A stretch of 64,000 nt of DNA from a virus, in IMG/VR virus record IMGVR_UViG_3300034198_015460, positions 1-64,000 of that record; one strand, 5' to 3'. A program made the translations under genes and the position numbers. Below the pieces are notes generated by a model. It was not told the origin of the DNA. It did no database searches and saw only the letters and a list, made by a program, of their open reading frames with translations. Below, piece after piece: positions 26,823-36,227 of the stretch (the first letter of the stretch is position 1; every line of letters starts with the position of its first letter).

Positions 26823-26913
26823 TTTTTACTCCTATGAGTTTTATATTATTTAGTGTTCTTTTCAAACTCTCTCTTTGATATTATCTCGGAGAGAGTTTGA
26901 CAGAGTAAATAAA

Positions 26914-29184
26914 TTAGAATTTACCTACAACCTCACTAAATTGTACCCCAGTTCCAACAGCTACGAAGTTCAACTGAATGAAATTGATGCTTCTTGCTGG
27001 TTTAATGTATATATCGCCAACAAATTGATTTGTATCGATGATTTGTGCAGTATTATTGGTATCATCACACACAACCAAGAAATCAGTAATACCACGACGC
27101 CCTTGAATTTGACGAAGATAAGGTGTTACTAGATTTTTAAATTGTGCTCTTGTGAACGCATCATTGAACTCAAACAGAGAGTATTTTGCAGCAGTGGAAA
27201 TTGCTTTTTCAAGAACAATGAATAGACGACGAACATTAATTCTATCGAATGCAGATGGTTTTGCTTGTAGAGTTTTATCGCCATAAAGAATAGTGCCTTG
27301 ACCTGGGAAGGACACAACAGGATTTACACCATTTTTATATAGAATATCTCTATCTGCTTGTGTTGGATTAAAGGCAAGTTTAACAAGATTTTTAATCTGG
27401 CCACGATTGAAACCAGCGGGAGACCACCATGCATCGTTTGTATTATCTGTTCTTACACAAAGACCAGCAACGTCGCCATTCATTGGAATCCAGCGGTATA
27501 GATCATTGTAGCGGTCGTATTGATATTTGTAACCACTGTCCATCACAGCATAAGAAGAACTGTGAAGAACATTTCTCCAAGCTACTGTATTTGTTGCTTG
27601 TGTACCAAAAGCGTTTAGAGTCAAGCTTTTTTCAGGAGAAATTAGAGCAATACAATCTTTTCTTTTTTCACAAATATTATCAATGATGTAATTAGCAAGT
27701 TGATATCCTGTAACAGTTACACCACCAGAGCTTGTTGATCCACCAAGCGGTTTACCTTGAAGAACAAGAGAAATATCAACTTGTTCAGCAGAAGCAAAAA
27801 GATCATATGCAGCAGCAATAACAGAGAACGCGCTTGTATTTGATTCATTATAACCATCGGCGCCTAGTGAGAAAGTAATATTTTTTGGCGCTGTTGCAGT
27901 AGAAGATGCCAAAGAAGCAGCAGTTTTATTAACTGAAATTGTGGTTGGATCGTTTGTCCACCACATATATGGTGAATTGTCATTGATAACATTTTTATAA
28001 TAGTTTGTCGAACCATCAAGATTTTGAGAATCTGTTGCCGCAGATAAACCTTTGTAAACTTCAAGAACAGTTCCTGGCGTACCAGTGAATTTACCGCCAT
28101 TATCAACTACAACAATGTGCAATTCATCGTTTGCTGATGTATTACCGTTGTTTAATTGATATGATGATTGGCCAGGAGCAACATCGACTACATTGAAGAA
28201 TTCCCAATTTCTTTGAATAGTATTTGATGAGAATGCAGTATGGAGTCTATATGTCTCAGTTAAAGAAAAAGTCAATAGAGTATTGCTGTTATAGCTATTA
28301 TTAACAGAAATAGCAGCAATTTTTAAATATTGATTACCAATAGAAGAATTACCTGCCAAAATTTGATCACCAACAGAGAAACTAGCTGCTGCGGTTGTAG
28401 CAGAAGCATTAGAGAGACCAGAATATTCTGCTGTGGCTGTGTTGCTTCCAATTGTAAAATTGATATTTGGAGTTATAGAAACGTTTGATTGAAAAGATGA
28501 TGAAGTTTCACACATGGAAACTCTTAGAGAATTACCAATTTCACCTGGATATTTGGCTGCAAAAATAACATCGGTATCAAAATTACCATCTTTTGAAGTA
28601 TAATCATCTTGATTTTTTATAATTTGATTTACAAGATTTCCCACAAATGCACCAGAAGGAAATGCAAGAGCATTATATGCAGTTTGTGGATTAGCTAGAT
28701 ACAATGTAGCAGTATTACCAGCAACAGCATTTGAGCTTAATTGAATCGCTGTTGTATTAGTAATTGCTGTAATTGTAAGTGTGTTGGCTGGAGCAAAAAC
28801 TGATGTGTTAGAAGATTGATATACATACATACCTGCTGTAAGCCCAGATGTATTTCCTGAAGTCAAAACAACTACGTTGCTGGAAGTATTTCCAGTTAAT
28901 GCAACTGATGGTGTTGATCCACCAGTATTTGCAGCTCTGGACACATATAAGCGATTACCATAATTCAAAAAGTTTGCGGCAGTAAAAAATGTTTCTGGGT
29001 TTAAATTTGTTGGTTTTCCAAATTGGCTGACCAATTTATTTTCACTATCAACTAAAACTCTTTCACCAACAGGTCCCCAGCGGAAAATTCCTGCAAAAGC
29101 GCCATCTGATGAGGCTACTGCTGGTACAACTGTTGTTAAATCTACTTCTGTGACATTTACGCCTGGACTTAATTGAAAAGCCAT
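26914..29184 (-). CDS. 18: Tail sheath protein gp18
   Basis: MAFQLSPGV...E.D, WGP, WWSPAGFNRG, FDRINVRRLF and KPARSINFI.L.F. Confidence 0.97.
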   Translation of the reverse strand: MAFQLSPGVNVTEVDLTTVVPAVASSDGAFAGIFRWGPVGERVLVDSENKLVSQFGKPTNLNPETFFTAANFLNYGNRLYVSRAANTGGSTPSVALTGNTSSNVVVLTSGNTSGLTAGMYVYQSSNTSVFAPANTLTITAITNTTAIQLSSNAVAGNTATLYLANPQTAYNALAFPSGAFVGNLVNQIIKNQDDYTSKDGNFDTDVIFAAKYPGEIGNSLRVSMCETSSSFQSNVSITPNINFTIGSNTATAEYSGLSNASATTAAASFSVGDQILAGNSSIGNQYLKIAAISVNNSYNSNTLLTFSLTETYRLHTAFSSNTIQRNWEFFNVVDVAPGQSSYQLNNGNTSANDELHIVVVDNGGKFTGTPGTVLEVYKGLSAATDSQNLDGSTNYYKNVINDNSPYMWWTNDPTTISVNKTAASLASSTATAPKNITFSLGADGYNESNTSAFSVIAAAYDLFASAEQVDISLVLQGKPLGGSTSSGGVTVTGYQLANYIIDNICEKRKDCIALISPEKSLTLNAFGTQATNTVAWRNVLHSSSYAVMDSGYKYQYDRYNDLYRWIPMNGDVAGLCVRTDNTNDAWWSPAGFNRGQIKNLVKLAFNPTQADRDILYKNGVNPVVSFPGQGTILYGDKTLQAKPSAFDRINVRRLFIVLEKAISTAAKYSLFEFNDAFTRAQFKNLVTPYLRQIQGRRGITDFLVVCDDTNNTAQIIDTNQFVGDIYIKPARSINFIQLNFVAVGTGVQFSEVVGKF

Positions 29185-29229
29185 TTTTAATCTCCCTAAA
29201 AATGAAAACAAATTATTTTTTGATATTTA

Positions 29230-30411
29230 TTAAAAGGACTCTCTTACGGAAAACATCCAATTATCAGGCACAAATTTTTCATATTCATCGTCAAAATCTT
29301 CCCTTCCATCAAAAACAAATCCAAATGGAGCGAGATCTTGCTCTATATCTTCTTCAGTCTTGTCTCTCAGAGACATCAAAGTATTAATGTTTGTATAATC
29401 TTTAAAGTATTGTTGGTCTGAAAGCCAAGCAAACAAAACCAAACACATCACTAGGTCATCGTGTTTTTGTGGTTCCGCTTCGTATGAATTTCCTTTTTTA
29501 GAAAACGTTGAAAATTCGTTAATTGTATTAAAATCGTTAATAACTAATTGATTTTGTTCAATTAATAATTTAAGAATAGAACAACCAATTGTTTTGACAA
29601 CCTTAGTTGTTCTAATACCTTTATCAATTTGTGTCGAGCTTACTCCAAAACCACTAGTAATTCTTTTACCACTTCTGCCGGCATTTTCAGTAAAGAGCAC
29701 ATTTTCATAGCCAAAATCGTAGTGAAGGCTATGAGATACTTGTTCGCCTATGTCGTTTACCTCAACTAGAACAGAAGCATTGTTGTAGCTTTTGGCGGTT
29801 CTATGAATAATACTTGCATAATCAATTGGTGATACTGAGTTATTACGGAATACACATACCTGCTGATATGGCATAGAAGTAACATCTAAAAGCTGAAAAG
29901 CCGAATAATCAAGTCCTTTACCTCTTGATACGTCACAAACCATCATGTATACTCTGTCTTTGACGGGTGGAAAATATTGAATCATGCCATCTTTTTCCAT
30001 AATAGGATTTTGATGGACCATTTCTTTCAATTTCCAGCCAGCAATAAGAGTACCAGAACTACCAAGAAATTCACAATTGTGGTTAACAATATCATTACCA
30101 TAATAACAATATTCTTTTTTGACTTCCAGAGGATCGTAAAAAAATTGTTTTTCGTTGACAAATTCAAAACTTAAAATTTCACGATTGCCTTGTTTGGTAA
30201 CAATGAAATCAGATGAATTGATTTCAGCCGCTGTTTTGAATCCGTTTATTGTTAATAATAAATGCTCGGGTGTACAAATTATTTCTTTGAAATCTTCGAG
30301 TATAATACGAACATTTTCTTGTCTTTTAATCTTTCGTATGCCATCAAAATCACTCCATCCGTGAGGAGTTAAGATTTCATATTGACTATTTTTTCGAACA
30401 GTGATTTCCAT
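29230..30411 (-). CDS. 17: Terminase large subunit gp17, C-terminal fragment fused to a C-intein
   Basis: 112-aa IntC (TPEH block B, ending VNHN) followed by the extein CEFLGS; nuclease motifs DVSRG..LDYS and HDDLVM. Confidence 0.92.
   Translation of the reverse strand: MEITVRKNSQYEILTPHGWSDFDGIRKIKRQENVRIILEDFKEIICTPEHLLLTINGFKTAAEINSSDFIVTKQGNREILSFEFVNEKQFFYDPLEVKKEYCYYGNDIVNHNCEFLGSSGTLIAGWKLKEMVHQNPIMEKDGMIQYFPPVKDRVYMMVCDVSRGKGLDYSAFQLLDVTSMPYQQVCVFRNNSVSPIDYASIIHRTAKSYNNASVLVEVNDIGEQVSHSLHYDFGYENVLFTENAGRSGKRITSGFGVSSTQIDKGIRTTKVVKTIGCSILKLLIEQNQLVINDFNTINEFSTFSKKGNSYEAEPQKHDDLVMCLVLFAWLSDQQYFKDYTNINTLMSLRDKTEEDIEQDLAPFGFVFDGREDFDDEYEKFVPDNWMFSVRESF
30076..30411 (-). mobile_element. 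Split intein C-fragment (IntC, 112 aa)
   Basis: ILTPHGWSDFDGI, TPEH, YDPLEV and YYGNDIVNHN followed by Cys+1. Confidence 0.88.
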
Positions 30412-31022
30412 ACTATGTTATTGCCCTTGATTATTTTTTTTAAATTTGGTATAGACATATTAAATTTTTCTGCATATTGTATACAGAAAGCCGAATCATA
30501 ATCTATAGTTTTCCCGTTTTTTCTTTTGAAATCTAAATTTAAAATTGGTTTGGAAACATACAAATTTAATATATTTTCTATACACTGTTCGTTAAATTTT
30601 TTACTATGAACCTTTCCTTTTCTTTTTTGTGACCACATGATTTTTGTTTCTTGGCTATGATGTTTATTTAACATGGGGGGAATATAATTTTCTTTTTTAG
30701 AATAGTGATTTAATCTCATTTTTTGCTTAGATTCGTCCGAAAATTTAAATCCATGTGTTGTGAATTTTTCCGTATAATTGTTGCCAGAACCATCGGGTGT
30801 TTCGTTCAATCCGTTGTTGTAAGTATCATACAGTGATATAAAAAATTTTTCAGCACAACTGATCATTTCGTGATCTTCGGAATAAAATAGAACTTCGTAT
30901 GAAAAATTATAGTCAAGAAACCTTTTAGTTTTTTTATGACTAGACATTCTGTTTTTTATATTTTTGGCTTTACCAATATATTTTTTTCCGTCTTCTCTGG
31001 TTATACAGTAAACACAATACAT
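30369..31022 (-). mobile_element. GIY-YIG homing endonuclease between the terminase fragments
   Basis: YCVYCI....KKYIGKA..R..H and NGLNET..G; own late promoter at 31047-31054. Confidence 0.88.
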
Positions 31023-31058
31023 TTTATTTTCCTAGAAATTTACATTTATTTATATATT

Positions 31059-31973
31059 CTAGAAATTCTCATTATTCATAAGATCATATGCTTCTTCTAT
31101 GGATAAATTCAATATTTCACCCGTATTTTTGTTTCTTAGGGTTATTTTTGCATTTCCATAAACACAATTATATTCCTGTTCAAACTTCTCAAGGTCAAAA
31201 TTCATTGCAGCAAGAGTGTTCTGTTTCCAGTTATCATCTCTGCCAGGAACATCTTGCCATCTAACCATAATATTGTTATATCCATTTCTATTTTCTTTGG
31301 AATTTACCCAAATACTATAGAAGTGGTTTAGACCATTAGGAGTTGATACAAGAATAATTTTAGTTTCCGAACCAGAAGAAATGGTAGGATACACTGATGT
31401 GAAAAAATCGTCCCAGTTTTCAATAAATGCAGCTTCGTCAATGAATAGAAGGTTAACAGAGAAACCACGAATGTTATTTGAAGAAGTCGCCGTAGCAATA
31501 ACACGAGATTGGTTTTCTAGAACGAATGAACCTTTGTTCCATTCAACAACACCTTGCTGAAGCCATTTTGGAAGATGCTGGTATGCTAACTGAATACGAC
31601 TTAGAATTTCTCTAGCGGTGTCTCCTTTATTGGCCAAAAGAGCCACTGTTTTTTCTGGATGAAATATGATATACCATAAAATAAAAGCACAAGTTGTTGT
31701 TGATTTGCCTGCCTGACGAGCAGTTGTGATAATATTAAATCTACCATTAGCAAAAGCTCGTAACATATCTTTTTGATATGGATATAGTTCGAAATTAACT
31801 AGACCTTTATCAATATTGATGATTTTCATATAAGTTTCAGTAAAATAAATTACATCCTGCGAACACTTAATATATTCTTGAACAAGATCAGGGGTCCAAT
31901 CTATAGATTGATTGGCTCTTTTTAGATTTATATTACCGTTATAACCACCAAGATTATTGAATTGATCCATCAC
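31059..31973 (-). CDS. 17: Terminase large subunit gp17, N-terminal ATPase fragment fused to an N-intein
   Basis: ARQAGKST, IDEAAF, STPNG and FEQEYN, then CVYGNAKITL...; ends in TAG. Confidence 0.93.
   Translation of the reverse strand: MMDQFNNLGGYNGNINLKRANQSIDWTPDLVQEYIKCSQDVIYFTETYMKIINIDKGLVNFELYPYQKDMLRAFANGRFNIITTARQAGKSTTTCAFILWYIIFHPEKTVALLANKGDTAREILSRIQLAYQHLPKWLQQGVVEWNKGSFVLENQSRVIATATSSNNIRGFSVNLLFIDEAAFIENWDDFFTSVYPTISSGSETKIILVSTPNGLNHFYSIWVNSKENRNGYNNIMVRWQDVPGRDDNWKQNTLAAMNFDLEKFEQEYNCVYGNAKITLRNKNTGEILNLSIEEAYDLMNNENF
31062..31166 (-). mobile_element. Split intein N-fragment (IntN, 35 aa)
   Basis: Block A CVYGNAKITLRNKNTGEILNLSIEEAY followed by a stop. Confidence 0.88.
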
Positions 31974-32367
31974 CTTCTCTAATATTCTTTATCATTTTTT
32001 GCAATTCTGCTGTAGAACCAACAAAAAGATTGTTGTTGATAGTTCTTGCGCCATTTATTGGTTGATCAATAGCCTTAATTTCTCTGACCTTACTTTGTAA
32101 ATCCATCAAATCTCTATTGGCCTGGAGCATAGTTTCCATCAATTTTGACAATACTTCGTATGCTCTCGGATGTTGAGAACTATCGGCAATCAACGCTAAT
32201 TTATCCATAGCATCTTTGCCATTTTCAATTAAATCATGAATATTGGCTCGTGCCTGTTCAAAATCTTTTTTTGCACTATCGTCCAAAGCGGTTTCAATAA
32301 TACCATTGACTGTTTTAGTGATATTACTTAATTCTGGAAGATTTGGTTCGTCTTCTTCTTCATTCAT
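31954..32367 (-). CDS. 16: Terminase small subunit gp16
   Basis: DF..AR.N, HPRAYEV and NNNLFVGSTAELQK. Confidence 0.93.
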   Translation of the reverse strand: MNEEEDEPNLPELSNITKTVNGIIETALDDSAKKDFEQARANIHDLIENGKDAMDKLALIADSSQHPRAYEVLSKLMETMLQANRDLMDLQSKVREIKAIDQPINGARTINNNLFVGSTAELQKMIKNIREGDGSIQ

Positions 32368-33242
32368 TAGATCAATTGCTCTTCGTCATAAATTTGTGTT
32401 AAATAACCAAAGTCATCATTTATATCAATTTCTGTATAAGCTACAGACTGTGCTGCTAAAGTGGTATTTGCTGCACCATAATAATTTAAAGGTGAATTGT
32501 TTGCAGAGTATATTCCTGGCTGTATTGTTACTCTACTTATAGCTTCTGTATTACCAACAGCAGATTGTAATTCACCATCAGCAACGTTTGGAGTATAAAA
32601 ATTAGTATCAACGAATTTGATAATTCCTGACTTCTTAACTGGACCATAGAAATAACCTTTTAATACCAAATCAAGAGTCCAAATTATAGCTCTTCTTTTA
32701 GTAAAATCACCTTGATCGTAGTTATCCTCATATCTAATATCATTTAATATTATAGGAATATCCATAATGATATTCATTTCTGGTATTAAATTGACTGTGG
32801 TTGTCCAATCGGGTGTAAAATATGGCAAAACTTGCTCAAGTATTTTGGTTCCATCTTCTACATTTTTAGCATAGATATAAAGTTTAAAATCAATATTATA
32901 TGGTACAGGATTATATTGATATGCAAATTTGCTTGTATTTGCTGAATCTCTTACAACACTTCTATTAATTGTTGGTAGTTTTCTTGAACCATCATATTTC
33001 ATTTGACCCATTTCGAAGGAAATAAGTGGAAGCGGTGCAGTCGCTGTAGGTCGGTCAATATTGGGGTCTTGTGTAACACGAGCCAACATCTTATCTTTTG
33101 GAGCATATGTAATAGGAACCTTTAAACGAGCAACTGTATTGTTTGCAGAATTTGTTCTGGTTATATGAATGTCGTTAAATAATGTTCCGACCAATACAAC
33201 ATATTTTCTTATTGTTCTGAAATAAAACGTTGAACCAAACAT
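32367..33242 (-). CDS. 15: Tail sheath stabiliser/terminator gp15
   Basis: FY..TIRKYV...GTLFN, VPI.YAPK.K, PVPYN and ILEQVLPYF.P. Confidence 0.95.
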   Translation of the reverse strand: MFGSTFYFRTIRKYVVLVGTLFNDIHITRTNSANNTVARLKVPITYAPKDKMLARVTQDPNIDRPTATAPLPLISFEMGQMKYDGSRKLPTINRSVVRDSANTSKFAYQYNPVPYNIDFKLYIYAKNVEDGTKILEQVLPYFTPDWTTTVNLIPEMNIIMDIPIILNDIRYEDNYDQGDFTKRRAIIWTLDLVLKGYFYGPVKKSGIIKFVDTNFYTPNVADGELQSAVGNTEAISRVTIQPGIYSANNSPLNYYGAANTTLAAQSVAYTEIDINDDFGYLTQIYDEEQLI

Positions 33243-33965
33243 TTAAATGTTCCCTTCTGAGAAAGGATCACGAACTGTAAAGTCAACGAACTGATCTGAT
33301 TCAACTTGGAATTCATCGCTATCATCCATAGCAACCAAATCACCAACACCTTTTCCTTCAAGAATTAAATAATTTCCATCTTCGTCTGTCAAATAATCAC
33401 CGTTTTCATCTTTAATTCCCCAAGTAAGTATGTTTGTATCAAATTTCTTTTGAATAGAATCAATTTCTGGTATGCCAGTATTAAATGTTTCATTAGAATA
33501 TTCAAACAATTCTGTTGTCATTTCCCAGGTCTGAAGAGCGCCTAGTTGATAGAACATCTCATATTTGTTCACAAATTTAATTTGAAAACATTTTTTATTT
33601 AAAGGAAAATATATTAAATCGCCTTCGTTTGGTCTTACTTGTGTTGTAAAGTTTCCAACCTCTTCATTGAATATTCTTTGAGCAACAGACCAAATAACTT
33701 GATCTCTGATTTCAAGACCAAACTTAGACATGAAATTACCATCACCCTGAAACCCATCAAAGCTTTTGATATACATTTCAATAGGATAGGCGTTTTCATA
33801 TGACGATTGATCATCGGCTCCATAGATATCATCGTAATTGTTTAGTTTACGAGGAATATAGAAAACGTCATGACCGTAAATACGTATTGCCTCGATAACT
33901 AGGTTTTCGAGGAGAAGCTGTTCCTGTGACGATTGAAAATTATTGAAGAAAAAATTTGTGGCGAT
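33243..33965 (-). CDS. 14: Neck protein gp14, ATC start
   Basis: (I)ATNFFFN..EQ.L.E.LV.E.I.IYG.DV.YIPR...IEMY...GF.G...SKFGL.IRD, RPNEGDLIYFP. GGAGG lies 5 nt before the ATC and an in-frame TAG lies just upstream. Confidence 0.88.
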   Translation of the reverse strand: MATNFFFNNFQSSQEQLLLENLVIEAIRIYGHDVFYIPRKLNNYDDIYGADDQSSYENAYPIEMYIKSFDGFQGDGNFMSKFGLEIRDQVIWSVAQRIFNEEVGNFTTQVRPNEGDLIYFPLNKKCFQIKFVNKYEMFYQLGALQTWEMTTELFEYSNETFNTGIPEIDSIQKKFDTNILTWGIKDENGDYLTDEDGNYLILEGKGVGDLVAMDDSDEFQVESDQFVDFTVRDPFSEGNI

Positions 33966-33966
33966 G

Positions 33967-34566
33967 TTATCCTCCTATATCTTTTTGAGGAGGATTATAT
34001 CCGGTCACTATTTTCATTCTTCCTATTTTTTGCTGTTCTGGATCTTTTGAGCCATACGGTATATGAGTAATCATATCAGAAGTTAATGGTTGAGCGAAAC
34101 CATTAGAGTGTAAACCATGCACTCTCATTTCTGGATCACTCATCATTCTATTTAAAGATTTTTGCATGCCTTCGGAATTTTTAGTCCATTCTATAGACGC
34201 ATTATGAGTTCTTGAAATAGATTTAATAACATCATTCATTCTAACAGGAGAACTTTTTCTGCCCTGCGTGGTTGGAAATTGATATGTTATTGATTTATCA
34301 GGATTATTTATTTGACCAGCAAATCTAACAGTATGATGTATTTTCTTATCTTCTGGATTATATGTGAAATAAGAAGCTCCGCTTCCTGGGGAAGAAGAAT
34401 GGTATAAATGTAAACCGCCTACTTCTCCAATTTTGTTAGCGTTTTTATCAAATTTATTTGGATCGTCATAAGTTATAGGTTTTGTGTCGCTGACAATTGG
34501 ATCTCTTTTTGTTTGAGATATATCGGCGGACCAAGCTTCTTTTATGTATTTTTTAAATGTCAGCAT
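33967..34566 (-). CDS. Hypothetical protein with a capsid-targeting-like N-terminus
   Basis: N-terminus MLTFKKYIKEA; overlaps the stop of the upstream endonuclease. Confidence 0.6.
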   Translation of the reverse strand: MLTFKKYIKEAWSADISQTKRDPIVSDTKPITYDDPNKFDKNANKIGEVGGLHLYHSSSPGSGASYFTYNPEDKKIHHTVRFAGQINNPDKSITYQFPTTQGRKSSPVRMNDVIKSISRTHNASIEWTKNSEGMQKSLNRMMSDPEMRVHGLHSNGFAQPLTSDMITHIPYGSKDPEQQKIGRMKIVTGYNPPQKDIGG

Positions 34567-35296
34567 TTTTTAATCTACATTTCTCGTTGTGGTATCTATA
34601 AACATTGCCTTTATTTCCCCAAAAATCACAATAAACACATTTTATTTTAGTATTATTTATAAGAGAAAATGCTCCAGCGTTTTTGATTTTTTGTTTGTGT
34701 TCTTCTGTTAATGGTGCTCGTTTTATACCTTTAGACGCTGCAATTAATTCACCCGAAATCCATTTTGGATCATCATGCGTTGTATGAAAAATATTGCCAT
34801 CAGAATCTTTAACTGTAATTTTACCTTTATTTCTATTATTTTCTAACATAGTATTTCTACGTTTAATTTTAGTTTCAATATTAGACGACTTTGTATCTCT
34901 TGTTTTTAATCCTTCAATATATTTTTCACGAATTTCTGGTCGCTGCATTGCTTCTTTAGTACGAATAGAGATTTTTTCTTTTCTAGATAATAAGTTACTT
35001 TCATCTAGCCATGTATCATTTACATTTTTTGAAAGATTATAATAACGAATTTTAAGTTCTTCATCTTTCACTAAAGAAAGCCAATATTTTTCACGTTCAT
35101 ATAATTCTTTACGGTTGATATAAACACGTTCTAAAATTCTACGTTTAAAATCTTTAGGGCGGTGCTTATGTGCTTGTCGCATCCACGGAGATGAACAAAT
35201 ATACCCATCATTTTCTGTTCCCCAGTGCATACCAATATAATATCTTTTTTGTTTACGATCTAACCAGATATAAACAAAACCATATTTTTCTTGCAT
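34553..35296 (-). mobile_element. Seg-like GIY-YIG homing endonuclease between genes 13 and 14
   Basis: YGFVYIWLDRKQKRYYIGMHWG..DGYICSS and C-terminal CVYC..RYHNEKC; paralogue of 19146-19757. Confidence 0.88.
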
Positions 35297-35298
35297 TT

Positions 35299-35334
35299 AA
35301 ATACTCCTTTGAAGTTATCTCTAGAGTATTTATA
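35299..35334 (-). promoter_or_regulatory. Late promoter plus RBS-sequestering hairpin for the endonuclease
   Basis: TATAAATA at 35327-35334; stem AAATACTC/GAGTATTT overlaps the AAGGAG RBS. Confidence 0.75.
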
Positions 35335-35347
35335 TAAAGTATATATT

Positions 35348-36088
35348 TCAGCCGATCATATCGCTGACGGGCAACGAATAAGACGTAATCATATCTCTTT
35401 CTAATTCTGCACGTTCTTGATTGGCGTCAGCTAAAATTTGCAAACCATTAAACTCGATACCACCAGGAAGTTTCATACCACGAAACTTTGAAAGATTAGC
35501 TCCCCATTGTTGCTTAATTAAACACGTAGCATATCTAAGCAACCAACGATCTCCCCATGCTTTTGTATAAACTTCTGGGTCGACTACTTGATATACTTCT
35601 GCTATTAAATAATTACCAGCGTCAAATTTATTCCAATCCATATCAAGATAAAGTTTATTGATGTGGCGATTGTATCTAAGTGGTTGTTTACCAACCAACA
35701 TCATTTCAAGAAACTGAATATGTTGTAGAGCCATATAATATGGCACCATAGAAACAGAGGTAAGAGTGTATAAATCATTCAAAGCAATTTGATAACGAAT
35801 ATTGAATAGATTGTTTGTATTCAAAGCCTGACCGACCTCAAATACATTAACAGCGCCGATCACGTTATCTGGAAGAGTAATGTATTTGTTTGTTATATCG
35901 GTTTGAGTGACCTGATGCTTATAGTATATTTTCTCAGCGCCCTCAAAATGATAATCCCAAAAATAACGAAGAGCTTCGTCGACGCGATCATCAACTTGAT
36001 CATCATCGACGTTAATTTCAATTACAGGTTTGCCTAAACGACGTAGGCAGTACTCTTTGAATTCGCTCTTTGTGGTAGGTATTGCCAA
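35348..36088 (-). CDS. 13: Neck protein gp13 (TTG start)
   Basis: YCLRRLGKPVIEINVDDDQV.DR.DEAL and KQQWG.NL.KF.G..LPGG. Confidence 0.96.
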   Translation of the reverse strand: MAIPTTKSEFKEYCLRRLGKPVIEINVDDDQVDDRVDEALRYFWDYHFEGAEKIYYKHQVTQTDITNKYITLPDNVIGAVNVFEVGQALNTNNLFNIRYQIALNDLYTLTSVSMVPYYMALQHIQFLEMMLVGKQPLRYNRHINKLYLDMDWNKFDAGNYLIAEVYQVVDPEVYTKAWGDRWLLRYATCLIKQQWGANLSKFRGMKLPGGIEFNGLQILADANQERAELERDMITSYSLPVSDMIG

Positions 36089-36089
36089 T

Positions 36090-36206
36090 TTAGTTACCTT
36101 TGAATTTTGCTATTACTTTATCAACATTATCTTTAACAAATTGTGGTTGAGGAAGAAAATTCCAACCGACAATAAGACCAATAACAAAAGAAATAAGTGT
36201 TAGCAT
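36090..36206 (-). CDS. Small membrane protein (38 aa)
   Basis: MLTLISFVIGLIVGWNFLPQPQFVK... with an AAGGAG RBS; below the ORF-track cutoff. Confidence 0.7.
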   Translation of the reverse strand: MLTLISFVIGLIVGWNFLPQPQFVKDNVDKVIAKFKGN

Positions 36207-36227
36207 TTTTCTCTCCTTTTATTCTAT

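Noticed and set aside
30412-31061. Intron or stop-codon readthrough joining the two terminase halves
   Set aside because: The TAG at 31059 is followed in frame by TAA after two codons, and both halves carry clear intein blocks, so protein trans-splicing explains the split.
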